This document shows, piece after piece, positions 12,159 to 24,678 of a stretch of DNA of 64,000 bases. The translations under genes and the position numbers were made by a program. The notes under the pieces are model-generated. The model did not search any database and was not told where the DNA came from. It saw nothing but the letters and a program-made list of their open reading frames with translations. Source of the stretch: Psammoneis japonica (taxonomy: Eukaryota). The stretch covers positions 434,001-498,000 of the forward strand of contig QPGO01000013.1 of the NCBI GenBank assembly GCA_008632985.1. Reading direction: 5' to 3'. Each line of letters starts with the position of its first letter. Position 1 is the stretch's first letter.

Positions 12159-13205
12159 TTAGGGGAAGGTGAGGCCAGGACGCTGCGAGTTCTTGTTCTC
12201 CAAGTAATCAGCAAAACTCTCAGACCTTTTACCGATCAACTTCTCCAAGTCGTCCGTGTACGACGAAGCCAATTCATCAACACCCGTGGCCTTCATCTTT
12301 TCGAAAGAGGCAGCATCCTTGACCATCCAGGACGGAAGACCACGCTTCTTAATGTCCTTCTTGAAGTCGTGGTAGCCCAACTCAATGTGCTCGATATCGG
12401 TTTCGTAAGCCTTGGAAAGAAGCTTGGCGACATCCTTATCGAAAGTGGGACCGGGGCCGGTCAAGTTGTAGGTCTTGTTACGGTGATCCTTGAGGTTCAT
12501 CAAGACGACGAGGGAGGCATCGGCAACGTCGTTGGGGCTCACGTAGTTGACACCCATACCATAACTGGCAGTGATGAACTTGTGTTCCTTCTTCAACAAG
12601 TCACCCTGCTGAAGGAGTGGAGTCGACATGAGATGAGAGGTCGCCAAGATGGTGTACGAGATGCGAGACGAATGGGGGGCCTGCGCGAGAATGTCATCGC
12701 ACGTCGAGTGGAATTTCACAAAAGGCACATTCTTGCGGTAGATGTTGCCAGCTTCGTTGTTCTCCAAAAACGAAATCTTGACAAAATGCTCGACCTTGGC
12801 ATCCTGAGAAGCCCTGAGGAACTGAGGGAAGACCGCGGCCCACTCGTTCATGTGAGGAAGCGTGCAAAAGACGGACTTGACACCGGCAAGGGCACTGGCG
12901 TAGCTGCTCGCATCGGTCCAGTCGAAGGAGATGACTTCGGCTCCCTTCTCAGTGAGCAGGTCGGAGATATTCTGAGCGAAGCTTCCACCGTCTCCGGCTC
13001 CAGGGCCGGTTTGCCTGTCGCCCATAAAGACTCCGACGCGCACGTTCTTGTGGCCGGCTTCGAGCAAACTCATGGCGACACGATAACCGATCACACCGGT
13101 TCCACTCGTGATAAAGACTGTTCCGAGATTGGGATCAAAGGTGAAGCGACCAAGACCAGGGATCACATCTCCCAACGCTTTTCCGGATTTCTTGAGGAAA
13201 CTCAT
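12159..13205 (-). CDS. NmrA-like atypical SDR / NAD(P)-binding protein
   Basis: VFITSGTGVIGYRV Rossmann motif, YVSPNDVADA, KTYNLTGP; strong codon bias. Confidence 0.8.
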   Translation of the reverse strand: MSFLKKSGKALGDVIPGLGRFTFDPNLGTVFITSGTGVIGYRVAMSLLEAGHKNVRVGVFMGDRQTGPGAGDGGSFAQNISDLLTEKGAEVISFDWTDASSYASALAGVKSVFCTLPHMNEWAAVFPQFLRASQDAKVEHFVKISFLENNEAGNIYRKNVPFVKFHSTCDDILAQAPHSSRISYTILATSHLMSTPLLQQGDLLKKEHKFITASYGMGVNYVSPNDVADASLVVLMNLKDHRNKTYNLTGPGPTFDKDVAKLLSKAYETDIEHIELGYHDFKKDIKKRGLPSWMVKDAASFEKMKATGVDELASSYTDDLEKLIGKRSESFADYLENKNSQRPGLTFP

Positions 13206-13281
13206 CGTGAAATTCTGTTCGACTGCAACGCAGATCCGTCGCGAAAAAATGTGAGATGATGGAAGATTTTGAATTATTTCA

Positions 13282-13610
13282 ACGTCATGCTCACGCAGTG
13301 CTGACGTCTAAAATCTGGTACTCGTCTACGAATTCTACATCGGACACGTCAGCCAACAATCTGGTCAAAGAAGTCGAAAATCATTGATGACGTTGAGTGT
13401 TCTCAGGGGACCAAACGAGATGCTGTAGAATTGAGTAGCGTGCAGTACATTGATGCGAAAAGAACGTGTAAACGTCATGGAGAGAAAGAATGCTCCGTAG
13501 GAATGTACAGAACTCGGTAGTTGACGTCGATGATTCTTCGCGTCATGATGACGTCGGTTAGGAATCCTTTCACGTAGAGTCTACATAGGAACTGGTAGAA
13601 GTCGTGACGT
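13282..13610. promoter_or_regulatory. Divergent promoter (NmrA-like gene / SLC4 copy 1) with clustered TGACGT/ACGTCA (CRE/CCRE-like) elements
   Basis: Hexamers at ~13282, 13302, 13346, 13388, 13472, 13522, 13549, 13605. Confidence 0.6.
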
Positions 13611-13738
13611 TGCAGCAAAATCTTGCGCCAGATTTTCTTTTGAATTTTTGGCTTCAATTGCATCATTCTCTCTTCTCACAATTTCGTTTCTGTTGTCCAA
13701 GTGGTTTCAAGCTCCGCAACTTCCAACTCAACGACAAG

Positions 13739-15752
13739 ATGTCTCCCAAGAACGAGGACATTGCGATGAACGAGCCATCGATTGATGACATTGGCCCTGG
13801 CAAGACGCTGTCTAACAGTGAACTCATTCCTGATGCGGGAAAAGTCCCGCTTGACCCGGCGGAGGGCTGTGGTCGCGGTATCATCAAGGATATCAGGGAG
13901 TGTGTTCTCCAGTGGTGGGTCAAGGTAAGTGAGATTGTACGAGATCGTGACATGCAGACATAATGTCTCCCTCTAACGAGTAAATACCTTTGCTCGCTTT
14001 GCAGGAAATGATCAACTTCAACCAGTTGACGGTTTCGGTGTCCCTACTTATGTTTATCTCCGTGATCGTCCCAACCTTGACCTTCGGTGCTGTCTACGCC
14101 AATATCACCAAAGGATACATGGGTGCCATTGAAATGCTTATTGGAACTGGCTGGGTTGGATCGACCTTTGCTCTCATCGGCGGACAACCCATGACTATTA
14201 TCGGTGCCACCGGTCCTCTGTCAATCATGTCTACCGTCCTCTTCGATATTGCTGACAATGTGGGCGTTCCCTTTCTCACCTTCAACGCGTGGGTGTTTGT
14301 ATGGGTGTTTTTTTATACCGTCATTTCCGGCTTCTTCGACTTGACCCGCTTTGTCCGATTGGCTACTCGCTTCACCGATGAAGTCTTTGCCGGGTTGATT
14401 GTCAGTATTTTTGTAATGGACGCCCTTGGTGACCCCTTCTCGTCGTCCGGAATGTTGCGCTACTTCCAGAAGGATCACCCTCACCACGAAGACAATGCCG
14501 ATGACCCTGAATACAACTATTTGTCTGTTGCATTCCTCAGTCTTATTCTCGGTCTCGGTACCACGTTCACGATCTTCCTGTTCCGTGGCTTCCGCTTCTC
14601 GAGTTTTCTCCCCAACGACTTTTGCCGCACCTTCATTGCCGACTTTGCTGTTATCCTTTCCGTCGTCATCTGGACTGGTATCAGCCGCATTTGGAACGAT
14701 GAAGTTACGCTGCAAACGCTCAAGGTTCCCGATGCCATCGAACCCACCTTTCAGTGCTGCGACTCTTCCTGTACGACGGCGTGGCCAGAAGACTGTCCAG
14801 AACAAGAGGAATCATGGGGTACTCGCGACTGGCTTGTCGACTACGGCAACCTTAACGGCAAGGCCTGGGTTCCCATTATGGCGGCTGGCCCAGCTGTTCT
14901 TGCCTTCCTCTTGGTGTACCTTGACAATGGTATCACTTGGCATCTTATCGCTCACCCGAGTAACAAGCTCCAGTAAGTACAATGCGTTCAGGAGAGCAGG
15001 ACACCCGTTGGAATGTGAACACAAACACTCACACCTGTTCTCTCTATTCGCTCCTCAGGCACGGCGAGGCTTACAACTACGATTTGATCCTCTCCGGCTT
15101 CTTTAACCTTGTAAATGGAGCCCTCGGCCTCCCTCCACTTGTCGCCACAACCGTCCCATGCATGGTTCACGTAAACGCTTTGTCTTTGAAGGATCGTGAC
15201 GGCGAAATTCTTGACGTTCAGGAGACAAGGCTGACGCACTTCTTCTCGCACTTGTTGGTTCTCTGCTCGATTTTTGCCTTGGAAGCACTCAAGCTCCTCC
15301 CTCTCCCCGTCTTGTACGGTGTCTTCCTCTTTATGGGTCTTTCCAGTCTTGATGGTATCCAGTTGTGGGGGCGTTTTCTCCTCTTCTTCATGCAACCGAG
15401 CAAGTATCCCGAGACTCCTTCGTTCAACAAGTACATGACGAAGAAGAGAGTGCACATGTACACTTGTATCGAGTTTTGCTTCTTCGGTCTCGTGTTCTTC
15501 GTGCAGAACTTCAAGCCGATTGCTATTGCATTCCCGTTGATGACCTTTTTGTGTATTCCCGGTCGTCTGTTCTTGCTGCCTCGTTTCTTCGAGGGATGGG
15601 AGTTGCTCCTGCTCGATGGTGATGACCTTGATATTGATAGATGGGTTGCTCTCAAGGAGCGCAACGACTCGGCTGAGAACGGCATTCCTGTTTCTCAGGT
15701 CCACAAGAGTCTTCAAGATTTGGAGATGGACGAATCTGATGACAGTGTTTAG
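13739..15752 (+). CDS. SLC4: SLC4 (HCO3-/anion exchanger family) transporter, copy 1; introns 13925-14004 and 14973-15058
   Basis: TFGAVY, GGQPMTIIGATGP, TRFTDEVFAGLI, VQETRLTHF, VLYGVFLFMG motifs of SLC4/BOR transporters. Confidence 0.9.
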
Positions 15753-16427
15753 TATTTATAAGTGCCGACTCTGACAACGACTGCTTCAGAACTGCAGCGC
15801 TCCCATCACGCTAAACTGTGGAGTCGTCTCTCGAGCCTTTTCTCTTGAGAGGATAATCTATGTGTACATATTATTGCAGTAATTATATCCATATAATTGG
15901 GAAAAAGAAATTGAACGGCAATTCTTCTCGCCATTTATTAGTTACGTTTATTATGAGAAGAGACGTTGGCAATTAATTGTAAGATCACTCATATCATCTG
16001 TGTCTTTTAAGGTACCATCCGCTTCTCAAATGTTATTTGGTACCATTGCTTTCTGAATGCAACGCAAGAGAGCGAGAACTGAACTAATCCTCGGTTTCAA
16101 AAGAAGAACTTTTGAGCCACCGCATCCCTACTCTCAACCATTCTAGCTTTCTACTCTCTAGCTACTCTCGCTCTCTCTCCCTCTCTCTCCCTCTCTCTCT
16201 CTACTCTAGTGGCTCTAGCTAGAGTCTCTCAACCGGTATGATGATTCTAGCTTTCTACTCTCTAGCTACTCTCTCTCTCTCTCTCTACTCTACTCTACTC
16301 AGTAGTAAGTAGAGTGTAGTAGAGTGGGAGTGAGGAGCAACACCGCATTCTTCGGGTTGGTCGTGTTCCGCGATCAAATCAAGTCGCTTTAATCATTCCT
16401 TGTTAAGGTAGGAACCCGGACAGTGCG

Positions 16428-16517
16428 TGACGTAAGTGACACGCCGTCATGATGACGTTGTAGTTATTCTTTGTTTTTACGTAGATTTCTACAGAGAAGT
16501 ACAAGACGCCGTGACGT
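16428..16517 (+). promoter_or_regulatory. Conserved promoter block of SLC4 copy 2 with TGACGT elements
   Basis: CGTCATGATGACGT...ACGTAGA..TCTACA...GTGACGT is shared with 13541-13610 although the surrounding DNA has diverged. Confidence 0.55.
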
Positions 16518-16628
16518 GTCGTTCGAAAATGATGCCTTTTTGAAATCACTTTTTGCTGCCGTTTCCACCAAAATTTTCTCACAATTTTGTTGTTGCTGCT
16601 TCTCGTAACGCGGAAATTCGACAACAAG

Positions 16629-18655
16629 ATGTCTCCCAAGAACGAGGACATTGCGATGAACGAGCCATCAAGTGAAGATGTTGGCCCTGGCAAGACGCTG
16701 TCGAACAGTGAACTCATTCCTGATGCGGGAAAAGTCCCGCTTGACCCGGCTGAGGGCTGTGGTCGCGGTATCATAAAAGATATCAGGGAGTGTGTTCTCC
16801 AGTGGTGGGTCAAGGTATGTGTTTACTGCAATAGGATACCATGCAAAGTTATACATCATCTCCATCTAAATGCGACTTTTTGTGCTCTCTTTCTCTCTTT
16901 GCAGGAAATGATCAACTTCAACCAGTTGACGGTTTCGGTGTCCCTCCTCATGTTTATCTCCGTGATCGTCCCAACTTTGACCTTCGGTGCTGTCTACGCC
17001 AATATCACCAAAGGATACATGGGTGCCATTGAAATGCTTATTGGAACTGGCTGGGTTGGATCGACCTTTGCTCTCATCGGCGGACAACCCATGACTATTA
17101 TCGGTGCCACCGGTCCTCTGTCAATCATGTCTACCGTCCTCTTCGATATTGCAGACAACGTGGGCGTTCCCTTTCTCACCTTCAACGCGTGGGTGTTTGT
17201 ATGGGTGTTTTTTTATACCGTCATTTCCGGCTTCTTCGACTTGACCCGCTTTGTCCGATTGGCTACTCGCTTCACCGATGAAGTCTTTGCCGGCTTGATT
17301 GTCAGTATTTTTGTAATGGACGCCCTTGGTGACCCCTTTTCGTCGTCCGGAATGTTGCGCTACTTCCAGAAGGATCACCCTCACCATGAAGACAATGCCG
17401 ATGACCCGGACTACGATTACTTGTCTGTTGCATTCCTCAGTCTTATTCTCGGTCTTGGTACCACGTTCACGATCTTCCTGTTCCGTGGCTTCCGCTTCTC
17501 GAGTTTTCTCCCCAACGACTTTTGCCGCACCTTCATTGCCGACTTTGCTGTTATCCTTTCCGTCGTCATCTGGACTGGTATCAGCCGCATTTGGAACGAT
17601 GAAGTTACGCTGCAAACGCTCAAGGTTCCCGATGCCATCGAACCCACCTTTCAGTGCTGCGACTCTTCCTGTACGACGGCGTGGCCAGAAGACTGTCCAG
17701 AACAAGAGCAATCGTGGGGTACTCGCGACTGGCTTGTCGACTACGGCAACCTTAACGGCAAGGCCTGGGTTCCCATTATGGCGGCCGGCCCAGCTGTTCT
17801 TGCCTTCCTTTTGGTGTACCTTGACAATGGTATCACTTGGCATCTTATCGCTCACCCGAGTAACAAGCTCCAGTAAGTACAATACGTTCAGGAGAGCAGG
17901 ACACCCGATGGAATGTGAACACAAACACTCACACCTGTTCTCTCTATTCGCTCCTCAGGCACGGCGAGGCTTACAACTACGATTTGATTCTTTCCGGTTT
18001 CTTTAACCTTGTAAATGGAGCCCTTGGCCTCCCTCCACTTGTCGCCACAACCGTCCCATGCATGGTTCACGTAAACGCTTTGTCTTTGAAGGATCGTGAC
18101 GGCGAAATTCTTGACGTTCAGGAGACAAGGCTGACGCACTTCTTCTCGCACTTGTTGGTTCTCTGCTCCATTTTTGCGTTGGAAGCACTTAAGCTCCTCC
18201 CTCTCCCCGTCTTGTACGGTGTCTTCCTCTTTATGGGTCTTTCCAGTCTTGATGGTATCCAGTTGTGGGGTCGTTTCCTCCTCTTCTTCATGCAACCGAG
18301 CAAGTATCCCGAGACACCTTCGTTCAACAAGTACATGACGAAGAAGAGAGTGCACATGTACACTTGTATCGAGTTTTGCTTCTTCGGTCTCGTGTTCTTC
18401 GTGCAGAACTTCAAGCCGATTGCTATTGCATTCCCGTTGATGACCTTTTTGTGTATTCCCGGTCGTCTGTTCTTGCTGCCTCGTTTCTTCGAGGGATGGG
18501 AGTTGCTCCTGCTCGATGGTGATGACCTAGATATTGATAGATGGGTTGCTCTCAAGGAGCGCAACGACTCGGTCGAGAACGGCATTCCAGTTTCTCAGCT
18601 TCATAAAAGTCTACAGAAATTGGAGATTGAGGAGGAGGAGGACGACAACGTTTAA
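16629..18655 (+). CDS. SLC4: SLC4 transporter, copy 2 (tandem paralog); introns 16815-16904 and 17873-17958
   Basis: Near-identical to copy 1 in protein sequence; same intron positions. Confidence 0.9.
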
Positions 18656-19404
18656 GTGCCACCATCATCCTCCCTTACTCTGCGAAGTCTTCTCAAGACT
18701 TTTAGTTTGATGTGTAAATAATACATATAAATAAAGAAGTGATGTTGATTTACCTTTCTTTTTTAAACTTTGCTCAGTTTTTCAATCAAACTTAGTTTCC
18801 TCAAGGCACAGCATGAACGAATTTGAACTGTCTTGTGTCTTGGCCTTACCCTCCGACGTACTACAGTAGAGTTTAACTGATATTCTTGACGATCAATGCT
18901 TCTTGCGATCACTTCAGGAAAGTGCCGGTACTCAGCTCAAGAGTAATTAACAGATTGGGGTTTTGTGGAAGTACCTATAGTTGTACGGTAGGCTAGCCTT
19001 TATCTCTCTACTCCATCTAGCTACTAAACAGCCTCTAGCTAGTAGAGAGGAGGGAATACGGGTACCCTGGTACGGTAGATACTCTCCCTCTCTAGTAGAG
19101 AGAGTAGAGCTACTCTCTTGGAGCTCTACTTGTACTGGGACATTAAAGTAGAGAGTGAGCTGTAGGGCCCTCTCTACTAGAGAGAAAAGATGCGAACAAT
19201 ACCGTACGGTACGAGCTACGTGCGAGGTCGGATACCACCACCGCCACCACGTACTTTGCTTTCTCCATTTCTGCTTTCTGCTTTCCCATCACCATCACAA
19301 ATTGATAACACACAGAAGCTGTGTATCATCCTCTATCTCTGCTGTTGATAATACTTGCATCTACTTCTGATTATTATCCCAGCTACAGCAAGATAGAGAG
19401 CCGC

Positions 19405-21015
19405 ATGTTGTCTATGTCGAAAGGAGCAGTCTCCTTGAGGCTCATCTTTTCGATTTTTGTATGCTTCATCGCAGTTGCTTTTACACGTGCTTTTGTGACG
19501 CCTCAGCATCAGCCAAGACAATGGGGGGTTGCACGCGGCACGGAGCTCCACATGGTGTTTGACTTTTTTCAAAAACGGTCCAAGGAGGGACTCGAACAAC
19601 TCTCGAAACTTTCAGATGCCGCTGCAAAAGGAAAACTGGGAGAAGGCTTAACAGAAGTTGCCGTTTACACTCAACAAACAAACGCAGCCTTTGCCGAGGG
19701 ATTGGCAAAGAGTCGGAACCAACTGTTGAACAACATGGATGCTCTATTTTCGGGTCAGTCGGGAGACTTGTTGGATGAGTTGCAAGATATTCTATTAATG
19801 GCCGATTTAGGCATGTCGACCGCTGAAGACATTGTGGCTGAGGTAAAGAGTTTGCAGCAAGACACAACAAGGCGCTTGAAACGCGATGATTTGATGAGTA
19901 TTATGAGAGGAAAACTCATCGAAGCACTCTCACAAGAAAATATGGATGGGTCGATCCGTTTCTCGGCTGACGAAGACGATTTGCCAACTGTACTCTTCAT
20001 TATGGGTGCTAACGGGATGGGAAAGACGACAACGATTGGCAAACTTGCCCATCGGCTCCGGACCGAAGGTAACCAGACTGTTCTCATGGCAGCGTGCGAT
20101 ACTTTTCGTGCTGGCGCAGTAGAGCAGCTACAACAATGGGCAGATAGAGCAGAGGTTGATTGCTTTGTTCCATCCGAAGGCAGGAGTACGCCCAGTGCCG
20201 TCTTGTACGGTGCCTTGGACAAGGCCCTGGCGGAAAATTACGACACGGTCCTCGTTGACACCTCGGGACGCCTGAGTAACAACGAAGCGCTCAATGCAGA
20301 GCTAGTCAAGATGAAGAATGTCATTCAAAAACGCTTGTCGGTAGAAAAAGATGAAAACAACAAGCCCATTTTCAACAAGGACGTGCCTCATGAAATTCTC
20401 TTGGTACTAGACGCCGCTCAAGGCCGAATGGCGTTGGATTCCGCCAAGGTGTGGGACAAGGAATTGGGATTGACAGGTTTGATTCTCACCAAATTGGATG
20501 GCAGTGCACGGGGAGGCAGCGTTGTTGCGATCAGTCGAGAAATGAATCTTCCAGTCAAGTTGATTGGTGTTGGAGAAGGTATCGACGACCTTCGCGACGT
20601 AAGTTTTCCTTTCTTCTAGTTAGTGACTGTCGTCCGAGTGATTCCTCACTTACCATCTCGTTATCCTCTCTAGTTTGAACCAGAGCGTTTTGTGGAAGGC
20701 TTGTTAGGTATTGGAAAGGCCGGTGGGAGCTCGTCGGCAAATGAAGGTGCTCTCCTTGACTCCAGATTGAAAGAGATGCGAAAAGAGAGAGACATGCGCG
20801 CCAAGGAAACTAAAGCAGCAAAATCAAAGGCGGCGGCTGTACCCGCTAGCATAGCATCCATGGGTGGTGGTGGGAGCGCAGCAGGAGAGCTTACGTTCCA
20901 GGAAATGGACGCACCTCCGCCTCCAGAAGAAGTTTTCGCTTCCCCAACCGGCGGAAACTCGAAGCCTCGACGAAGCAAAAACAAAAAGAAGAAAAAGAGG
21001 AAAGGCAGAAGATGA
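19405..21015 (+). CDS. ftsY: Chloroplast SRP receptor FtsY; intron 20599-20673
   Basis: GANGMGKTTTIGKLA, DTFRAGAVEQL, DTSGR, TKLDGSARGG, GVGEGIDDL; bipartite presequence with 'RAF'. Confidence 0.92.
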
Positions 21016-22142
21016 ACAATTGGAGTAAAGAAAATTGGAGTAAAGAAGCTATTCAAGTCGTAGGCGGACCGTGAACGCGAAAAAGATACATATTAGGTAG
21101 GCTTGTAAAACCATTAAATTTACACCTTTCACTAATTGGATAGTACATAGACAAGGAAATTCTCCATTGAGACCGGAATGGGGAATATATCGGAGGTGCT
21201 ATCGCCGACCTTGTAGTTGCTGGCTGAAACGAACAACTGAGCCGCTTTTCTCGTGATATCTCGTCCTCTTGAATGCAGGTTCTTCTACACTTGCAGCAGA
21301 GCAATCTGATGATGAGGGGTCTTGTTCTTGATGAGAGTAGTTAGAGCTATAGCTGGCTTCCGAGTCTTTTCTTTTCGGAACGCGTGCTGGTGGCACTGAC
21401 GATCCAGGTGGTTCGTCGAAAGCTCTTGCTATTCTCGAGAGTTCCACTGTATCCACTTCACCGGGAAAGACAAGAAGAGACGATCTACTTGTGATAGAAG
21501 AAAGTCGATGATTCATGATAAACAATTCAATCCAGCGTTGAGGATCCCCTTCGAACGACGATGAAGCGATCTTACGTTATCGTAGTGCGTTCCAGTTCAT
21601 TCCCTGATCGAAAAATCCAAAATGAAGCACGCGAACAAAGGCGAACGCGCCTTTGCTTTGGTCGCGTGCGCACTCGTGACTGCAACTGCGAGAAAGTGAT
21701 GAGGCACGGGAACAAAATCGAAGCTCCGCACCCAATAGACACATCCAAGGTTGAATAAAATCCATTGACGAACATAAGTGTGACTTTTCCCGCGCAAAAA
21801 TTTAAGGCGCATGAGCCTTTTCCACATCAACATGGCAAAGGATCAGGATTCAGGATGCGCTTTCATCTTCATTCCAATGCTCTCGCCCCAACAACAAAAA
21901 CAAAAAACCGATAGACCCGAGACACCATGACCGACTACAAACGCTAGTGCTGCACAAAGGGACTAAAGAGTGCCACAGCGCAGTGAATGAATGGTGCGGC
22001 GGCGCAAGTGAAGATCTGCAGCAGCCGCACTGCGCTGCTCAAACTCATGCAGCTGCAGAGACGCGCTTTCCAGTCGGAGTCATTGACAGCTTTGCTGGAG
22101 TGAAAAAGACAAAACTGAGCAATGTTGAAATGTTTCGAGAGC

Positions 22143-22540
22143 AGACGGGTTCCAGTCCTGGGTGGGACTCCGTGTGACATTGGGCCCGTAGAATTCTGCG
22201 TGCGAGCTCCGCAGTGAATTCACCCTGCAATGAAAACATGCATGATCGCCAACAGAAAAAGAGACAATTTTACGAACGTATCTCCTCCTTCACACTTGGA
22301 GTAAATCATTGATGGTTTGCCCGGGTGTGTTCTTCAGACATCAAAGAACACACCCAGCATGTTTTCATTCTCACAAATGTTGAAAACAGAAAGCCTTTGG
22401 CTTCGCAAAACAGGGAGCATGAAACAATTTCGTAAAATGTCACACGTAGAAATGCACGTGCGCGACACACGACGCAATCCAAAAAACTGTTGATGTCACA
22501 GTTCAGTGGCACGAGGTCCCACCTGGAGCTGGAGCGCATC
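22143..22540 (-). mobile_element. ~390 bp inverted-repeat element, copy 2 (inverted relative to copy 1, partly TpA-converted)
   Basis: Both arms align to the reverse complement of 5858-6253; similar length; interior not recognisably homologous. Confidence 0.7.
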
Positions 22541-22692
22541 AGCACTTCGACGTGATTGGAGCGGGCGTTGAACGAGGAACTCTCCTCGGCTCAGATTTTT
22601 CAGCGGTTGTTTCTACAAAGCAAAACCCGATGCAGCTCGTGCTTGCAAAGGTGCCCGTTGTGGGTGCACATGCTTGATCAAGAGGCATCCTC

Positions 22693-24678
22693 TTGGCTTT
22701 GGAGGACTTTCTCAAGTCACCCAAGGTTCAAGAGTGCCGTCATGACTGCCCGCTTGTTTTGTCGACCTGCTTGAACATGGCACGGGCTCTCAACAAACTC
22801 GTTCTGGGCCAAGCAGACGTGAAGCTTGCCCCTCCCCTCGATCAGAGCCTCACTCGAGTCAATGAGTTGCTCATTTGCAATGGACTTGTTGATGCTCCAT
22901 CATCGTCCTCCGCAGACAGTGAGGCCAGTGATGGAGTTCTGGTCAAGTTTGAGCCTCGCCAGTGTCTTCCGCAAGACTTTGCACCAGTGTCTGAACACGT
23001 TGCTCCCCATCGCATCCAAGCTGCCAAGGCAGGATCCTGTCACATTTGTCCCTGTCCTTGTGAGAAATGCGCGGATGCTCTTGAGGTTCGATTTGTCGAC
23101 CCCGCCCTCTCCATTCCCCAGATCAAGTTGTTTCAGGACATCTGTGTGGACTGTGGAACGGATGAGTGCTTGGCCTGTCCTCGTCACGCAGCGGCCTTGG
23201 GTGAAACAGATCAACTGGCTCCAGATGTGCTTGCCGAGGTGGATCTGCAAATGTTTTGGGTGGCCGTTCTGAGGATCGACTCCTCCATTGGCATCTTGCA
23301 AGAATTGCCAGGAGTTGACAACAACCTGATCGGTCAATGGGAGGAACTGGAGATGGGAGTCAACATGAACCAGCAACACGTTGCGAGTCTTGTCCGAGAA
23401 AGGCATCTGACCAGACTCAGCTCAGTGGACAGTGAACAAGTCTTTCAGATTCAAGACAAGACACATCATGAAAGGCTTGCTCTGGATCATGCCTGCTTTG
23501 GCTTGATGCTGACGCTAGATGGCGTCGAGCCATTTGTGGATGCCTCGCGACCCATTCCTGATGCACAGTTCTGTAATTTTTGCCAGATGACAGAACTGCA
23601 AGCTCTCATCATGCCATTTGCGACGGCAGGGAAAATGGAACAACAAAGACCCTTCATTCAACAAGAGTGCACAAATGCTTTGCTCAGCAGGTTTGCGAGT
23701 GAAGGGTTCAAAGTTGATCCTGAAGCCTGTGATCAGACCGCATCGTGTGGCAATTGTGGAGAAAGTGACCCAAGCAAGCTCAAATTTTGCGGAGGATGTG
23801 GTGGAGTGGCTCATTGTGGCACCGAATGTCAGCATGTGTCATGGAGGGATCACAAGAGAGAGTGTGATGGGGCAACCGCGCTCGTCCGGGGCATTGTCAA
23901 TGACTTGGTTGCAGCGCGTGATCCAGATTCACCAACACCTGGTGGCCCAAACATCGTGGTTGGCAAGTCCTCACATGGTTCGGGATTGCCGACTCAAGCA
24001 GGCATGTTTGGTGAAGTCAGTGGCGTGGGAACGAGTTCCATCTTCTGGAACCCAGGTTCCATTTCCTGCATGATGACGTCCCCTGATGACTTGTCTGGAA
24101 TGGCTGTCTCTTTTGAAAATGAAATTGAATTTACTGACAGACTTGAGCTCCCGCCTGTTCTTCGTTTTGCTCTTTCTTGTGGACCGCTCTCAGACATCGA
24201 GTTGGCCAAGCAGACCTGGTCGGAAGCTTTGCAGCAAGTCGATGGAGATGCAACCCAGCTCAAAGTCAATGGGGCAGAATTTACCGCTCTTGAACGGGCA
24301 GCAAAAAAGGGAAACAAAGACACGGTAAAGTGGCTTTGCACAAACAAGCACACAAAATCTCTTGTTCACGTCAGTTCTCCGATTGGCTGGGCAAGTTGTG
24401 CCGGTCAAACCGAGGTCGTGCACTTGTTGCTGTCTCATGGAGCGGATCTTTCTGCGACAAACTGTGTGATGTGGGGAAACACACCGCCTCTTTTGGTTGC
24501 AGCACAGAATGGACAGCTTGAGGCAATGAAGCTGTTGGTGGACGAATGCGACATTGACATTCACATTCGTGATGCCTCTGGTCGTGGTGTCATTGAAAGC
24601 ATCTGCGACTCGCCGGTTTGGAGAGACATCGAAGGTCATGTTGCCAGTTACAACTGGGCAATGGAGAGACTGGCATAG
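22693..24678 (+). pseudogene. MYND zinc finger + ankyrin-repeat protein, open frame but hypermutated (true start uncertain, possibly upstream of the element at ~21928)
   Basis: CGNCG..CGGCGGVAHCGTECQHVSWRDHKREC MYND finger; ankyrin units 'TPPLLVAAQNGQLEAMKLLV'; only one Tyr in 661 aa. Confidence 0.7.

Noticed and set aside
12141..13259. 372-aa plus-strand ORF
   Set aside because: Antisense shadow of the strongly codon-biased NmrA-like gene; no motifs.
21199..21525. 108-aa minus-strand ORF downstream of ftsY
   Set aside because: Ser-rich, no motif, non-ATG start; cannot be supported as a gene.
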